Origin: Geosiphon pyriformis uo1
Lineage: Eukaryota; Fungi; Glomeromycota
Reading direction: 5' to 3'
Assembly (NCBI GenBank): GCA_016748015.1
Contig: JAAOMT010000213.1
Span: 92,485-156,484, forward strand
DNA: 64,000 nt
The position numbers were made by a program, and so were the translations under genes. This document shows positions 1 through 10,259 of the stretch, in pieces. Within the stretch, counting starts at the first letter, position 1. Each line of letters opens with the position of its first letter. The notes beneath the pieces were generated by a model. The model had not been told where the DNA came from. It made no database searches and was given only the letters and a program-made list of their open reading frames with translations.

Positions 1-382
1 ACTTTTTATCCTCCACACTGATGCATCTGGTTATGGACTTGGTGCTGTTCTTTCCCAGAAAGATGAAGATAACAGAGAACACGCCATAGCATATGCCAAT
101 AGAACTCTTACACCAGCAGAAAGGAACTACTCAGTCACTGAACAAGAATGCTTAGCAGTAGTTTGGGCTACCAGCTACTGGGACAAATATCTTAAGGGTG
201 TAAAATTTTTGGTGGTAACAGATCACCAAGCTTTGGTTTGGCTATGCAACAAAAAAAACCTGGAACATAAATGGATAACTTGCTGGATACTCCACTTGGA
301 TGAATTTGACTATGACATTCAACACCACAAAGGAGCTAATCATCAAAATACTGATGCTCTCTCCAAACTTACCATCCAGTGA
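1..382 (+). pseudogene. RNase H C-terminus of A1 pol, ending DALSKLTIQ*
   Basis: Read directly from the sequence; TGA at 380-382. Confidence 0.85.
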
Positions 383-447
383 TAGTAAAACCCTCTCAAA
401 CCAAACCAACTTAATTATTTGTAACTTCTTCACAAACAAACACGATA

Positions 448-1760
448 ATGGACTTGGACAACTACTCTGCCTTAATTGAATTTTTGGGTAAAAGACAATA
501 CCTGCTGGACTATACTCGACAGCAAAGAGAACATTTGCACAAACAATCAAATTTCTATTTGATTTGCCAGAACCAGTTATATAAAAGAAATAAAAAAGAT
601 TCTGACCACCCCCAGAGAGTCATTAGATTTGAAAAAAGAGAAATTGTGATCTACAATATGCACACTGATCCATTAGCTGGACACTTTGGAAAAACAAAAA
701 CAATTCAGAAAACTTTAGCTCGTTATTATTGGCCTACCTTGAGAAAAGACATTGCTGAATACATCAAAACCTGTAATACCTGCCAAAGAAGAGAAAAACC
801 CAATTGCAAGGAAGATATCCATCCAATTTCTGTTGGTCAACCATTTAACAGAATTAGTATAGATGTTGTTGGACCTTTAACAATAACTCTTGATGGCAAC
901 AGATATATTATCACAGCTACTGACTATCTTACAAAGTGGGTAGAAGCAAGAGCCACCCCAGATTAAACAGCAGTCTCAATTGCCAATTTCATTTATAAAG
1001 ATATCATTTGTCACCATGGTTGCCCCAAAGAACTTTTATCTGACAGAGGAAGAGCTTTTCTCAGTACACTGGTTGAAGAACTTTGCAGAAAAATGGGAAT
1101 ACGTCATAACTCTCTTCCCCTTATCACCTCCAAACAAATAGCCTAGTGGAACATTTCAATAGAACACTATGTGAAACCCTAGCCAAAACCAGTGAAGAAA
1201 CCAACCTATGGGACAAAGTATTGCCTTCAGCTTTGTTCACCTACAGAACTGTGAATCATGACATAACAAGTTATGAACTCTTTTATTTGCTCTATGGACA
1301 AATGGCAACTCTACCAATAGAAATGGATATAGAAACAATATCTTTTAAAAAAATAACAATAGGAGATTACAAGGACATTTTGCAAAGAAGACTTGGTACC
1401 ATTCTTGACTCATTGGTAGAAGCATGGATAATTGCCTTTGAAAAGATAAAACAGTTCCAAGAGAAGCTCAAAAAGAAAAAGACTTATAAAACACTTTTCT
1501 TAAATATTGGTGATTTAGTTTTGGAATACTGTTCAGACAGAGACAATGTCTATGGTGATAAATTCTCCAGCCACTGGAAAGAACCTTTTATAGTCAACAA
1601 AGTTTTGAACAATGGTTCTTATATCTTACAAAATCAATATAGAACAATCTTCAATGATCACCCTGTTTATGGCATACGACTCAAGAAATATTACAAACAA
1701 CCTGATTGGTTACCTGTTGTGGTAATACCAACCCAAATGATCAGCAAAAATCAGATATAA
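448..1760 (+). pseudogene. Integrase of A1 (HHCC zinc finger, DDE core, GPF-type C-terminus), with one stop and one frameshift
   Basis: ORFs 448-966 and 1146-1760: HTDPLAGHFG..CNTCQ, IDVVGP, LSDRGRAF, EHFNRTL, WKEPF. Confidence 0.92.
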
Positions 1761-1801
1761 ATAAATGCACTATTCCCAAAACAGAGGTATCTTCAATCGA
1801 C

Positions 1802-2458
1802 ATGAACAATTATTTCCTGGATCAAAACATTCAAAACACTTTCTATACTCTTCATGAGTACTGGATTAAGAACTATCCAAATGCTACTCTGACTATCAGA
1901 AAACAAACCACCATAACAGACAACAGTGGAACTCATACTGTTATTAGACCAAAGAAAACAACTACCAGAAGAGAAAGAATTGGTAGCAAAATGGATAAAT
2001 ACCTGCTAGAAAGCATAACAGCAGCGATACTTTTACCTTTCAGCACAATTAGAAAAACGATACAAGAAATCTTGTCCATAGACAAAAACTTGTCATATGG
2101 AAGACAATTAAAACTCTATGGTTGTCTTAGTGAAATCATAGAAAACATAAAGCTCATGAAGAAAACAACTTCAGAGATACAAGGGGAAATTTTGGGCATT
2201 ATACGATTGAATGTCCCAAGAGTTTTGATCATTGCTAGAAGAGCCAGAACTCTTATACAAAGATTTGGTTTCTTGGATACAAAACTTATTTCACCTCAAG
2301 TATTATATACCCTATCCACAAAAGATTTCAACAAATTAGTTAGTTTTGAGTTAGACAAAACCCTTCACATAGACTATTCCATAAATAGCTTGATTTCACC
2401 AGAGCTCAATCTCTTTGGAGAAAATAATGTTATGGTTGAAACCCATAGTTTTTATTAG
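1802..2458 (+). CDS. Family A ORF3, 218 aa, unknown function; overlaps the PPT and ends in the 3' LTR
   Basis: Open from ATG 1802; same ORF in four other A copies in the window. Confidence 0.8.
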   Translation: MNNYFLDQNIQNTFYTLHEYWIKNYPNATLTIRKQTTITDNSGTHTVIRPKKTTTRRERIGSKMDKYLLESITAAILLPFSTIRKTIQEILSIDKNLSYGRQLKLYGCLSEIIENIKLMKKTTSEIQGEILGIIRLNVPRVLIIARRARTLIQRFGFLDTKLISPQVLYTLSTKDFNKLVSFELDKTLHIDYSINSLISPELNLFGENNVMVETHSFY

Positions 2459-3165
2459 TTATCACATGTATTAGACACTGATGTCATATAATTAGCCATC
2501 CTATTTTTAGATAGTAATTGTTGATCTGATCAATGACCTGACCATTGACCTGATCATTGACCTAATCATTGACCTGATTAATAACCTGATCATTGACTTG
2601 ATCGTTGACCTAATCATTGACCTAATTGTTGACGTAGTCATTGACCACTTTAGATAGCTATATAGGCAATGATTCCCTTAGCTATAGAATGACATGATCA
2701 AAGTAACAAAATAAACAATATTAATTACTTCCTTTCATAATCGCTTATTCTTCTTTCCTTACCTTCAAGTATTTACTTGTTGGCATTCACATACCTTATT
2801 TTTTCCCCTTCTTGATTTGTGTTTGTTAGAATTAGCCTGAGAAGCAATTGGCTTGCTCTTGTAATTCATTGAATAAAAAAATAATTGAAAAGCACAACAA
2901 TACCTGTTATTGATTCTAAGAATTGCCAAGTTGAAGCATAGAATAATAGCAGTGGTGTTATCTTGTTGACAATCATGGACTATTCCTTTACCTTCAGATT
3001 TAAGAAAAGATTAGTGACTGTGATTTTTATGAGACTGATTATGCACATTGAATTCCTACTTATTCAATTTGCTCCTTTTTTGTAATTACCTCTTTATTTA
3101 TTTCCATCACTATACAATACTGTTCTCCCTTGCTATCCATTAGCTTGTTACTCCAACTTGTAACA
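2428..3165 (+). repeat. 3' LTR of A1 (variant central part)
   Basis: TG..CA termini, purine tract GGAGAAAATAA before it, 12-bp TGACCTGATCAT array at about 2520-2647. Confidence 0.92.
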
Positions 3166-3967
3166 ATATCATCTGGCATCATGGCTGCTCCAGAGAACTT
3201 TTATTTGATAGAGGAAAAGTTTTCTTAGTACACTGGTTGAAAAACTTTGTAGAAAAATGGGAATACATCACAAACTTTTCTCTCCTTATTACTCCCAAAC
3301 AAATGGCCTAGTAGAACATTTTAATAGAACACTATGTGAAACTCTAGCCAAAACAAGTGAAGAAACAAACTTATGGGACAAAGTACTGTCTTCAGTTTTG
3401 TTTGCTTATAGAACTGTGAATTATGACATAACAAGTTATGAATTTTTTTATCTGCTCTATGGATGCATGGCAACACTACCAATAGAAACTGACATTGAGA
3501 CAATATCCTTTAAAGAGATCACAATAGCAAATTACAAAGACATTTTGCAAAGAAAACTTGATACCATTCTTGACTCATTGGTAGAAGCACAAATAGTTGC
3601 TTTTAAAAAGATAAAACAGTTTCAAGAAAAGCTTAAAAAAAAGAAAACCTATAAAACACTTTCTTTAAGTATTGGTAACTTGATATTAAAATACCATTCA
3701 AACAGAGACAATGTCTATGGTGATAAATTTTCTAACTGGTGAAAAGGACTCTTTATAGTCAACAAAGTTTTGAACAATAGTTCTTATATTCTTCAAAATC
3801 AATCCAGAACAATCTTTAATGATCAATCTGTTCACAGCATGCAACTTAATAAATATTATAAATGACTTGATTGGTTGTCTGTTGTGGTAATACTGACTCA
3901 AATGATCAACAAAAATCAAGTATAAATAAATGCACTAATTCCAAAACAGAGGTATCTTCAAATCAAC

Positions 3968-4624
3968 ATGAACAATTATTTTCTGGATCAAAACATTCAA
4001 AATACCTTCTATACTCTCCATGAGTATTGGATTAAAAACTATCCAAATGCTACTTTGACCATTGGAAAACAGACCACAATAACTGATAGCAGTGGAACAC
4101 ATACTGTTATTAGACCAAAGAAAACAACTACCAGAAGAGAAAGAATTGGTAGCAAAATGAATAAATATCTGCTAGAAAGTATAATAGCAGCAATACTCAT
4201 ACCCTTCACCACACTTGGAAAAACAATTAAAGAAATCTTACCCATAGACAAAAACTTGTCATATGGAAGACAACTAGAGCTCTATGGTTGTCTTGGTAAA
4301 ATCATAGATAACATAAAGCTCATGAAGAAAACAACTTCAAAGATACAGGCAGAAATTTTGGGCATTATACGATTAGATGTTCCAAAAGTTTTAATCATTG
4401 CTAGAAGAGCCAAAACTCTAATACAAAGATTTGGTCTCTTGGATACAAAACTTATTTTGCCTCAAGTATTATACACTCTATCTATAAAAAACTTCAATAA
4501 ATTAGTTAGCTTTGAATTAGATAAAACTCTTCAAATAGATTACACTATAAATAGCTTGATTTCACTGGAGCTCAATTTTTTTGGAGAGAATAATGTTACA
4601 GTTGAGACCTATACTTCTTATTAA
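3968..4624 (+). CDS. Family A ORF3 (copy A2), intact, 218 aa
   Basis: ORF track; colinear with 1802-2458. Confidence 0.8.
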   Translation: MNNYFLDQNIQNTFYTLHEYWIKNYPNATLTIGKQTTITDSSGTHTVIRPKKTTTRRERIGSKMNKYLLESIIAAILIPFTTLGKTIKEILPIDKNLSYGRQLELYGCLGKIIDNIKLMKKTTSKIQAEILGIIRLDVPKVLIIARRAKTLIQRFGLLDTKLILPQVLYTLSIKNFNKLVSFELDKTLQIDYTINSLISLELNFFGENNVTVETYTSY

Positions 4625-4663
4625 TTATCACATGTATTAGCCACTGGTGTCATATTGTTACGG

Positions 4664-5636
4664 TGTTACCGAAGGTTTTTGGTCTCTTTTCTGTAATGTT
4701 GTTGATACTTATTTGCTGTGAATTCACGTTTTCAGGAAGTAGTTGAACCTCTAATAACTGAATTTATCTTCAAATTATCTCCTATAATTTGAACTTGTTG
4801 GGCTTATGAGTGGAATGGCCAATTCCATGTCAGTTGCTTTATGTAGTTACGTTGTAGTAAACATCAACTCTTTCCCAGGAATTGCTTGTCTGGAAGCTCA
4901 CTAAAAATGTGTAGTTACTTTGCTGTGAAAGTCAACTCTTCTACAGGAATCTTGTCTGTAGGCTATCTTAATGATTGTAATAAGAAAAAAAAAGAAAAAT
5001 AAAAAAAATGTAAAAGAAATAGGATTTATCAAGGGAAACGTTTTCTATTCAGGCCTGGAATTACTAACAGTTTACTGAAATTGGTAGCTAATCAATTTCA
5101 AAATGTTAGTTGGGTTTTGGGGATTTTCTAAGTGCAATAATTAAAGAATTTGGTTTTTTTTTGATATTTATTTCTTTTTGTGTGTGTAGGAATGGTTCTA
5201 AGTGATAAATCTAAAGTAAGATATATTTTCTTGAAGAGAGAAGCTCTTCTTTTATACAACTTGTTATAACACTATTCTATGAACTTGAACTTTGTTATTT
5301 TCTACAATTTCGCTGAATTAAAGATACATTTCGGCAAACTACAAGTTATTTCGGCAAACTATTAGATATTTTGGTGAACTATCAATTATTTCGGTGAATT
5401 TCTATAAATTTCGGCAAACTTTTGAATGTTACATAGTTTGGGGTATTGTATAATTGATCATTGCAATTAGGTTACATTTGTGTTGTGTACAATTTAGAAT
5501 ATTAATTAAATGATAATTTCGGACATTTTTGCTAATGTAATAAGTGATCATTTGAAACGATAATATATGCTAATTAATGATAGGAATTATAAGATAATTT
5601 CATGCTAAATAATATCTCTAATTTCGTCTGGTAACA
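4664..5636 (-). repeat. 3' LTR of B
   Basis: Near-identical to 18721-19694; PPT GAGGAGGAGGTTA adjacent (5637-5649, minus strand). Confidence 0.95.
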
Positions 5637-6324
5637 TAACCTCCTCCTCAAAACTGAGCTCCATCGAAGTCCAAGTACTGTCTGTTATTTCCAGATAATA
5701 ATCCAAAATTATTGAAAAAATTTGGTCTGAAAATTGTTGAAATTTCAGTTCTGTAAGCTTTCCAATGTATTGGATCTTCAAAGGTTGAAAAATTGGGTTT
5801 TGTAATATGTTTTCACAGATGTGGAATAGGTCATAAAGTCTAAGAGCAGCTCTAAGCCTGTAGCGACTGTTTGTTGATCCAGCTGTTGTCTTGAATTCGT
5901 TGTGGAATTGTTTCTGAATAGCTTCTTTTGTGAGGTTTGCTGTTGTAAGTTCCAGTTTCCATTTGTAGAGTGTTTTTCCAATGTGAAAATATCTATAGAT
6001 TGGAGGATATTCAGTGTTTTCCTCATTGAGACACAGTTGAAGTTTTTGTTGAATTGTAGCATTTGGTGGAATACTAATCGGAGTGAGCATTAGGTTTTCT
6101 CTTAAAGCAAGCTTTAAAAGTTCTGGCAGGTGAATTCCAGTATAATTTCTTGTGTTCTTTCTATACGGGTGATATTTTCATAAATTTAGGGCTAATTTTG
6201 TAACTACTTCTGTTTGGGTATAATTTATGTGGTTTCCAGTAACAGTAATGGATAATTCGGGTATTGTTTTTAAAGCTAACATTAGTTTTTGGGATAATTG
6301 TTGAATGTTTTAAAGAATAGTCAT
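5605..6324 (-). pseudogene. Family B ORF3, about 239 codons with two in-frame stops explicable by C>T
   Basis: ATG at 6324 is in frame with ORF 5605-6090; motifs shared with ORF3 of A and C. Confidence 0.72.
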
Positions 6325-6441
6325 TATAAGCAATTTGAAAAATAAAAAAAATTATTTTTGGTGTATGAATTTTTATGTTATTTTTGTTTTGTTTTTGTGA
6401 GATTGTTTCTAAATTAGAAAAGAATAACTAGTAAAATTAAA

Positions 6442-7826
6442 TTAAGTGTTCAGGTTGGAAGGTTGTTCAATGACAACTATTGGTTCTAAGTTTTGGGGAA
6501 TATCTTCAGGACTGACCAAAGGAGAATGTGTACCAATTTGTGAAATTAATGGTTCAGGATTGTTTCTGAAGTGATAGTGTTTCAAACGATCTCCATGTGC
6601 GACTTTTGCTAGGATTTTGTCATCAAGTCTTAGCTTGTATGATCTGTTGCCTAGGACTTCATGGATAAAGAATGGTCCATCCCATTTATTTTCAAATTTT
6701 CCACTCCATTGTTTTTCAGCTTTAGTTCTGTGTAAGAGAACTTTGTTTCCAATTTTAAATTCATTGGTAACTGAAGGCAATTTGTCATCATGCCATTTTT
6801 TTTGTTGAGCTTGGGAGTGTTCAATATGGGTGGCTGCTATTTGTCATTTTCCTTCCAATGTGCTAAGCAGAGTGTAGGCTCTTTGCTGAAGCGTTTCTTG
6901 GAAATTGTTTTCATTGATCGGTTGTGCTGGGTATGTTTCCACTGTGAAATTAATTGGTAATGTTGCTGTTCTTCCATAAATTAAATCAAATGGTGTGTGT
7001 TTCGTGGTATCTTGTTTTAATGTTCTATATGCTAGTAACACTGATGGAATAAAGAGATCCCATTCTTGCTCAAAATCAGTTGAGACTTTGGCTAATGACT
7101 CACACAATGTTCTGTTAAAATGTTCTACAAGTTCATTTGTTTGTGGATGGTAGGGCAAAGACAGAGGTCTTTTGACATTGAATTATTCACAAATTTCTTG
7201 TATCAGGTTGTTCACAAAGTGTGTTCCCTGATCGGATAAAAGTTCAATTGGACATCCATGTCTATAAATGATGTCTTTGTAGATAAAATTTGCTATTGAT
7301 TTTGCATCTGCTTGTTGAATGGCTCTGGCTTCAGGCCATTTAGTAAGATAGTCTACAGCTACTGCAATATAACGGTTTCCTTGAGTGGTAATAAATAGTG
7401 GTCCGACTAAATCGATACCAACTTTGTCAAAAGGCTGTCCAACTTTGATTGGATTTAAAGGTTTTGTAGGGCGAGTTCCTCCTCTTTTTTGACAACTATC
7501 ACAAGATTTGACATATTCGTGAATGTCTTTTCTCATTCGAGGCCAATAGTAGTATTCTAGTATTTTTTGGGTGGTGCTATCTTTTCCGAAGTGTGCTGAT
7601 GAAGGATCTGAGTGCATATTGTATAAAATGGTCTCTTTTTCCTGTTCTTGTATTAATCTAAGTGGTTTGATTGGGTTTTTGGAATTTCGATAATAGATAA
7701 TGTTGTTGTGTAGAAAATATTGTTGGCTTGTTGTTGTAATTGATGTTTTTTGTCTGGGGACCAATCTGTTGGGATTGTTAATGTCTCTAAATATTGTTTG
7801 AGATTGTTGTAGTTTTCGGGGTTCAT
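6442..7826 (-). pseudogene. Integrase of B
   Basis: HSDPSSAHFG..CDSCQ, GIDLVGP, LLSDQGTHF, EHFNRTL, WDGPF. Confidence 0.92.
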
Positions 7827-7851
7827 TGTTTGTTGTTTTGATGCTGTTAGT

Positions 7852-9130
7852 TTAAATGGGTGTTGGTTTTGTTTTCTCATCTTGCCTTATTCTTGAGAGA
7901 CAATCAACGTTGGTGTGGAGTTTTCCTGGTTTGTGATGTACAATGTATTGGTAATTAGCTAAAAATCCTGTCCATCGGGTTTGTTTTGCATTCAGCTGGG
8001 TGTTTTTGTTTTGAAGCCATTTAAGTCCAATATTATCAGTGATAATATCGAATTCTTTGGGTTTGAGGTAAAGGTTGAAGTAATGTAGGGCCCAGATTAC
8101 TGCTGTGGTTTCTAATTCTGTTGTGGGGTAGTTCTTTTCGGCTGGCTTTAATGTTCTACTAGTATAAGCAATTACTCGCTCATTTCCATTGTCATCTAAC
8201 TGTGATAGGATGGCACCAAAGGCAGTATAAGAGGTGTCAGTTGCTAACCGGAATTGGTTGCTGAAGTCTGGGTAGGTGAGGATTGGAGCTGTTGTGAGTT
8301 TTTCCTTAAGTATCTCAAAGGCATTTTGGTGTTCTTCTGTCCATTTGTATTCGACATTTTTAGTAGTGAGTTGGTTGAGAGATTTTGCAATTTCTGAGAA
8401 TTTTTTGATGAATTTTTGGTAATAGGATGCTAATCCAATAAATCCTCTTAATTCTGTGGTATTTCGTGGAGTCTTGAAGTTTTTGACAGTACTGATTTTT
8501 CTGGAGTCTGGTTTAATTCTATCTTTGCTAACAATGTGACCAAGAAAAGCTAAACTTGTTTTTTTGAAGTAGCATTTTTCAATGTTCAGTTTCAATTCTG
8601 CTTTCCATAATCGTTGAAAAACTTCTCGCAGGTGAATTAAATGTAGCTCGAAAGATGGTGAATAAACATTAGTGTCATCAAGATAAACTACTACTGATTT
8701 CCAAAGGAGGCCTTTGTAAACAACATCCATGAGTCTTTGGAATGTTGCTGGTGCATTGCATAATCTAAAAGGCATTACATTGAACTCGTAATTTTCTCCT
8801 TGAGTGGTGAATGCTGTTTTGGGGTGGTTTTTGGGATCTATAGCAACTTGCCAGTATCCACTCTCTAAATCTAATGTTGAAAAGTATTTGGACTTTCCAA
8901 AGGCATCCAACATGTCATCAATTCAGGAAAGAGGGTAGGCATCCCCAATGGTGACACTGTTGAGTTGTCAGTAATCAACACAAAATCATATCTTTCCATT
9001 TTTCTTTTTAACTAGGACCACAGGTAAGGCCCATGGGCTCATTGATGATTGAATAAGCCCATTGTTAAGCATCCGTTGTACTTCTTCTCGGATAAATTGG
9101 TGACTTTCTGGAGCAACTCGGTAGGTTTGT
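7852..9130 (-). pseudogene. Reverse transcriptase and RNase H of B
   Basis: LDLESGYWQ, MPFRLCNAPATFQR, YLDD, LATDTS, EKNYPTTELE, ITDN. Confidence 0.95.
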
Positions 9131-9714
9131 TGTCACCTGGGTTTGGCATCTCCTGTATAGATTTGGTGTTGAACCAAATCAGTTCTTCCTAAGTCATTGT
9201 TGTTTTCGGCAAAGATATCAGCAAATTCTGCAATTAGTTCTTTGAGCTGGATCTGTTGTTGTGGTTCAAGTTGTCCCATGTTGATTCGAGATAGTTTTTT
9301 CATAACAACATGGTAGTTTTCAGAGCTAGGGTTTGGGTTGATTTTTGGTAGTGAATGTCCAATAATTTCAGAGAAATCAGGGACTGTTTGGGGTAATTCT
9401 TGTTGAAATATATTACTGTGAATAGCTCCAATTTCTAAATTATTTAATAAAATTATGAAATAATTATTGGGGTTGTAAAAAGTAACTCGGACTTTCTTTG
9501 TTCTTTCTGGAATATAAATGTTTGGGATCGAAATATTATGTTCTAAGCAGACTTGTTCATTGGACTCAAAAATTTGTTGTGTGGTTGTTGGCTTTGTGCA
9601 AGTGTAGATTTCCAGATGTTCTCCAAAGGGTGAGATAGTAATCAGTTGTAGAAGTCTAAGAATCTGGTGGGATTTGTTTTGTGTGTTAAGAGCTATATTA
9701 ACTGGAACTGTGAA

Positions 9715-10140
9715 TCGTCCAGTTGAACTAAAACCTTGGGTTCCTCTATCGCTTTTTCCTAATTGTTCTCTTTGATTGACTAGTTGCAAACCCAAAATGT
9801 TGATTAAGGGTAGGTAAATAGCTTGGGCAATTTTTTCAGCATGTTTGATCTTAAATGGTTTGTCAGTTTCATTTTGAAGCATTACTATTATGTCTCCAGT
9901 ATATCCAGCATCGATTATTCCTCATCTGACATTGATTCTTTTGCTTGCCAGAGAGGACCAGAAGGCAATTTGAACCATTGCTCCTGGCAGAATTTCGAGT
10001 GCAATTTTGAGGTTGATTTTTGTGAGAGATTTGGGTTTAAGAACAAGAGTATCCTTGCCTGGATATCTTAGGTCATATCCAGCATCAATTTCGTGTGCTT
10101 TTTCAGGTTTTATTTCTTGTCCGTTGTTGTTGAAGTATTT
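9715..10140 (-). pseudogene. dut: dUTPase domain in B polyprotein
   Basis: Motifs I-V: AGYDL, (R)SSLASK, IIDAGYTG, KIAQ, RGTQGFSSTG. Confidence 0.92.
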
Positions 10141-10259
10141 AAGTTGTAAGGCAGGCTGATTTTCGATAAGGTAGATGGGTGTTGTTTCAATTTCTTCCGT
10201 TTCTTCAGGTTCTCCAAATTCAATTTCATTCTCATCATTTTTGCTGGGCAAGGGGATAC

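Larger units (their letters stand above)
1..3165 (+). mobile_element. Ty3/gypsy family A copy A1, 3' part (RNase H, integrase, ORF3, PPT, 3' LTR); 5' part outside window
   Basis: RNase H motifs ([29 protein letters not shown]), integrase HHCC/DDE, LTR TGTTATGG..TGTAACA at 2428-3165, followed by ATAT and the integrase of another copy. Confidence 0.95.

Noticed and set aside
2520-2647. Short direct-repeat arrays as possible CRISPR
   Set aside because: Contiguous 10-20 bp units without unique spacers, inside LTRs, with no cas genes
6442-6560. Possible chromodomain at the integrase C-terminus
   Set aside because: Only a short Pro-rich tail follows the GPF module, with no aromatic-cage pattern
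7848-7856. TTTAAAC at the B RH/IN junction as a -1 frameshift site
   Set aside because: Wrong phase for the RH frame, integrase is in the +1 frame, and the motif is not present in A or C
9715-10140. dUTPase as a host, phage or endosymbiont gene
   Set aside because: It is in frame within the retroelement polyprotein in three families
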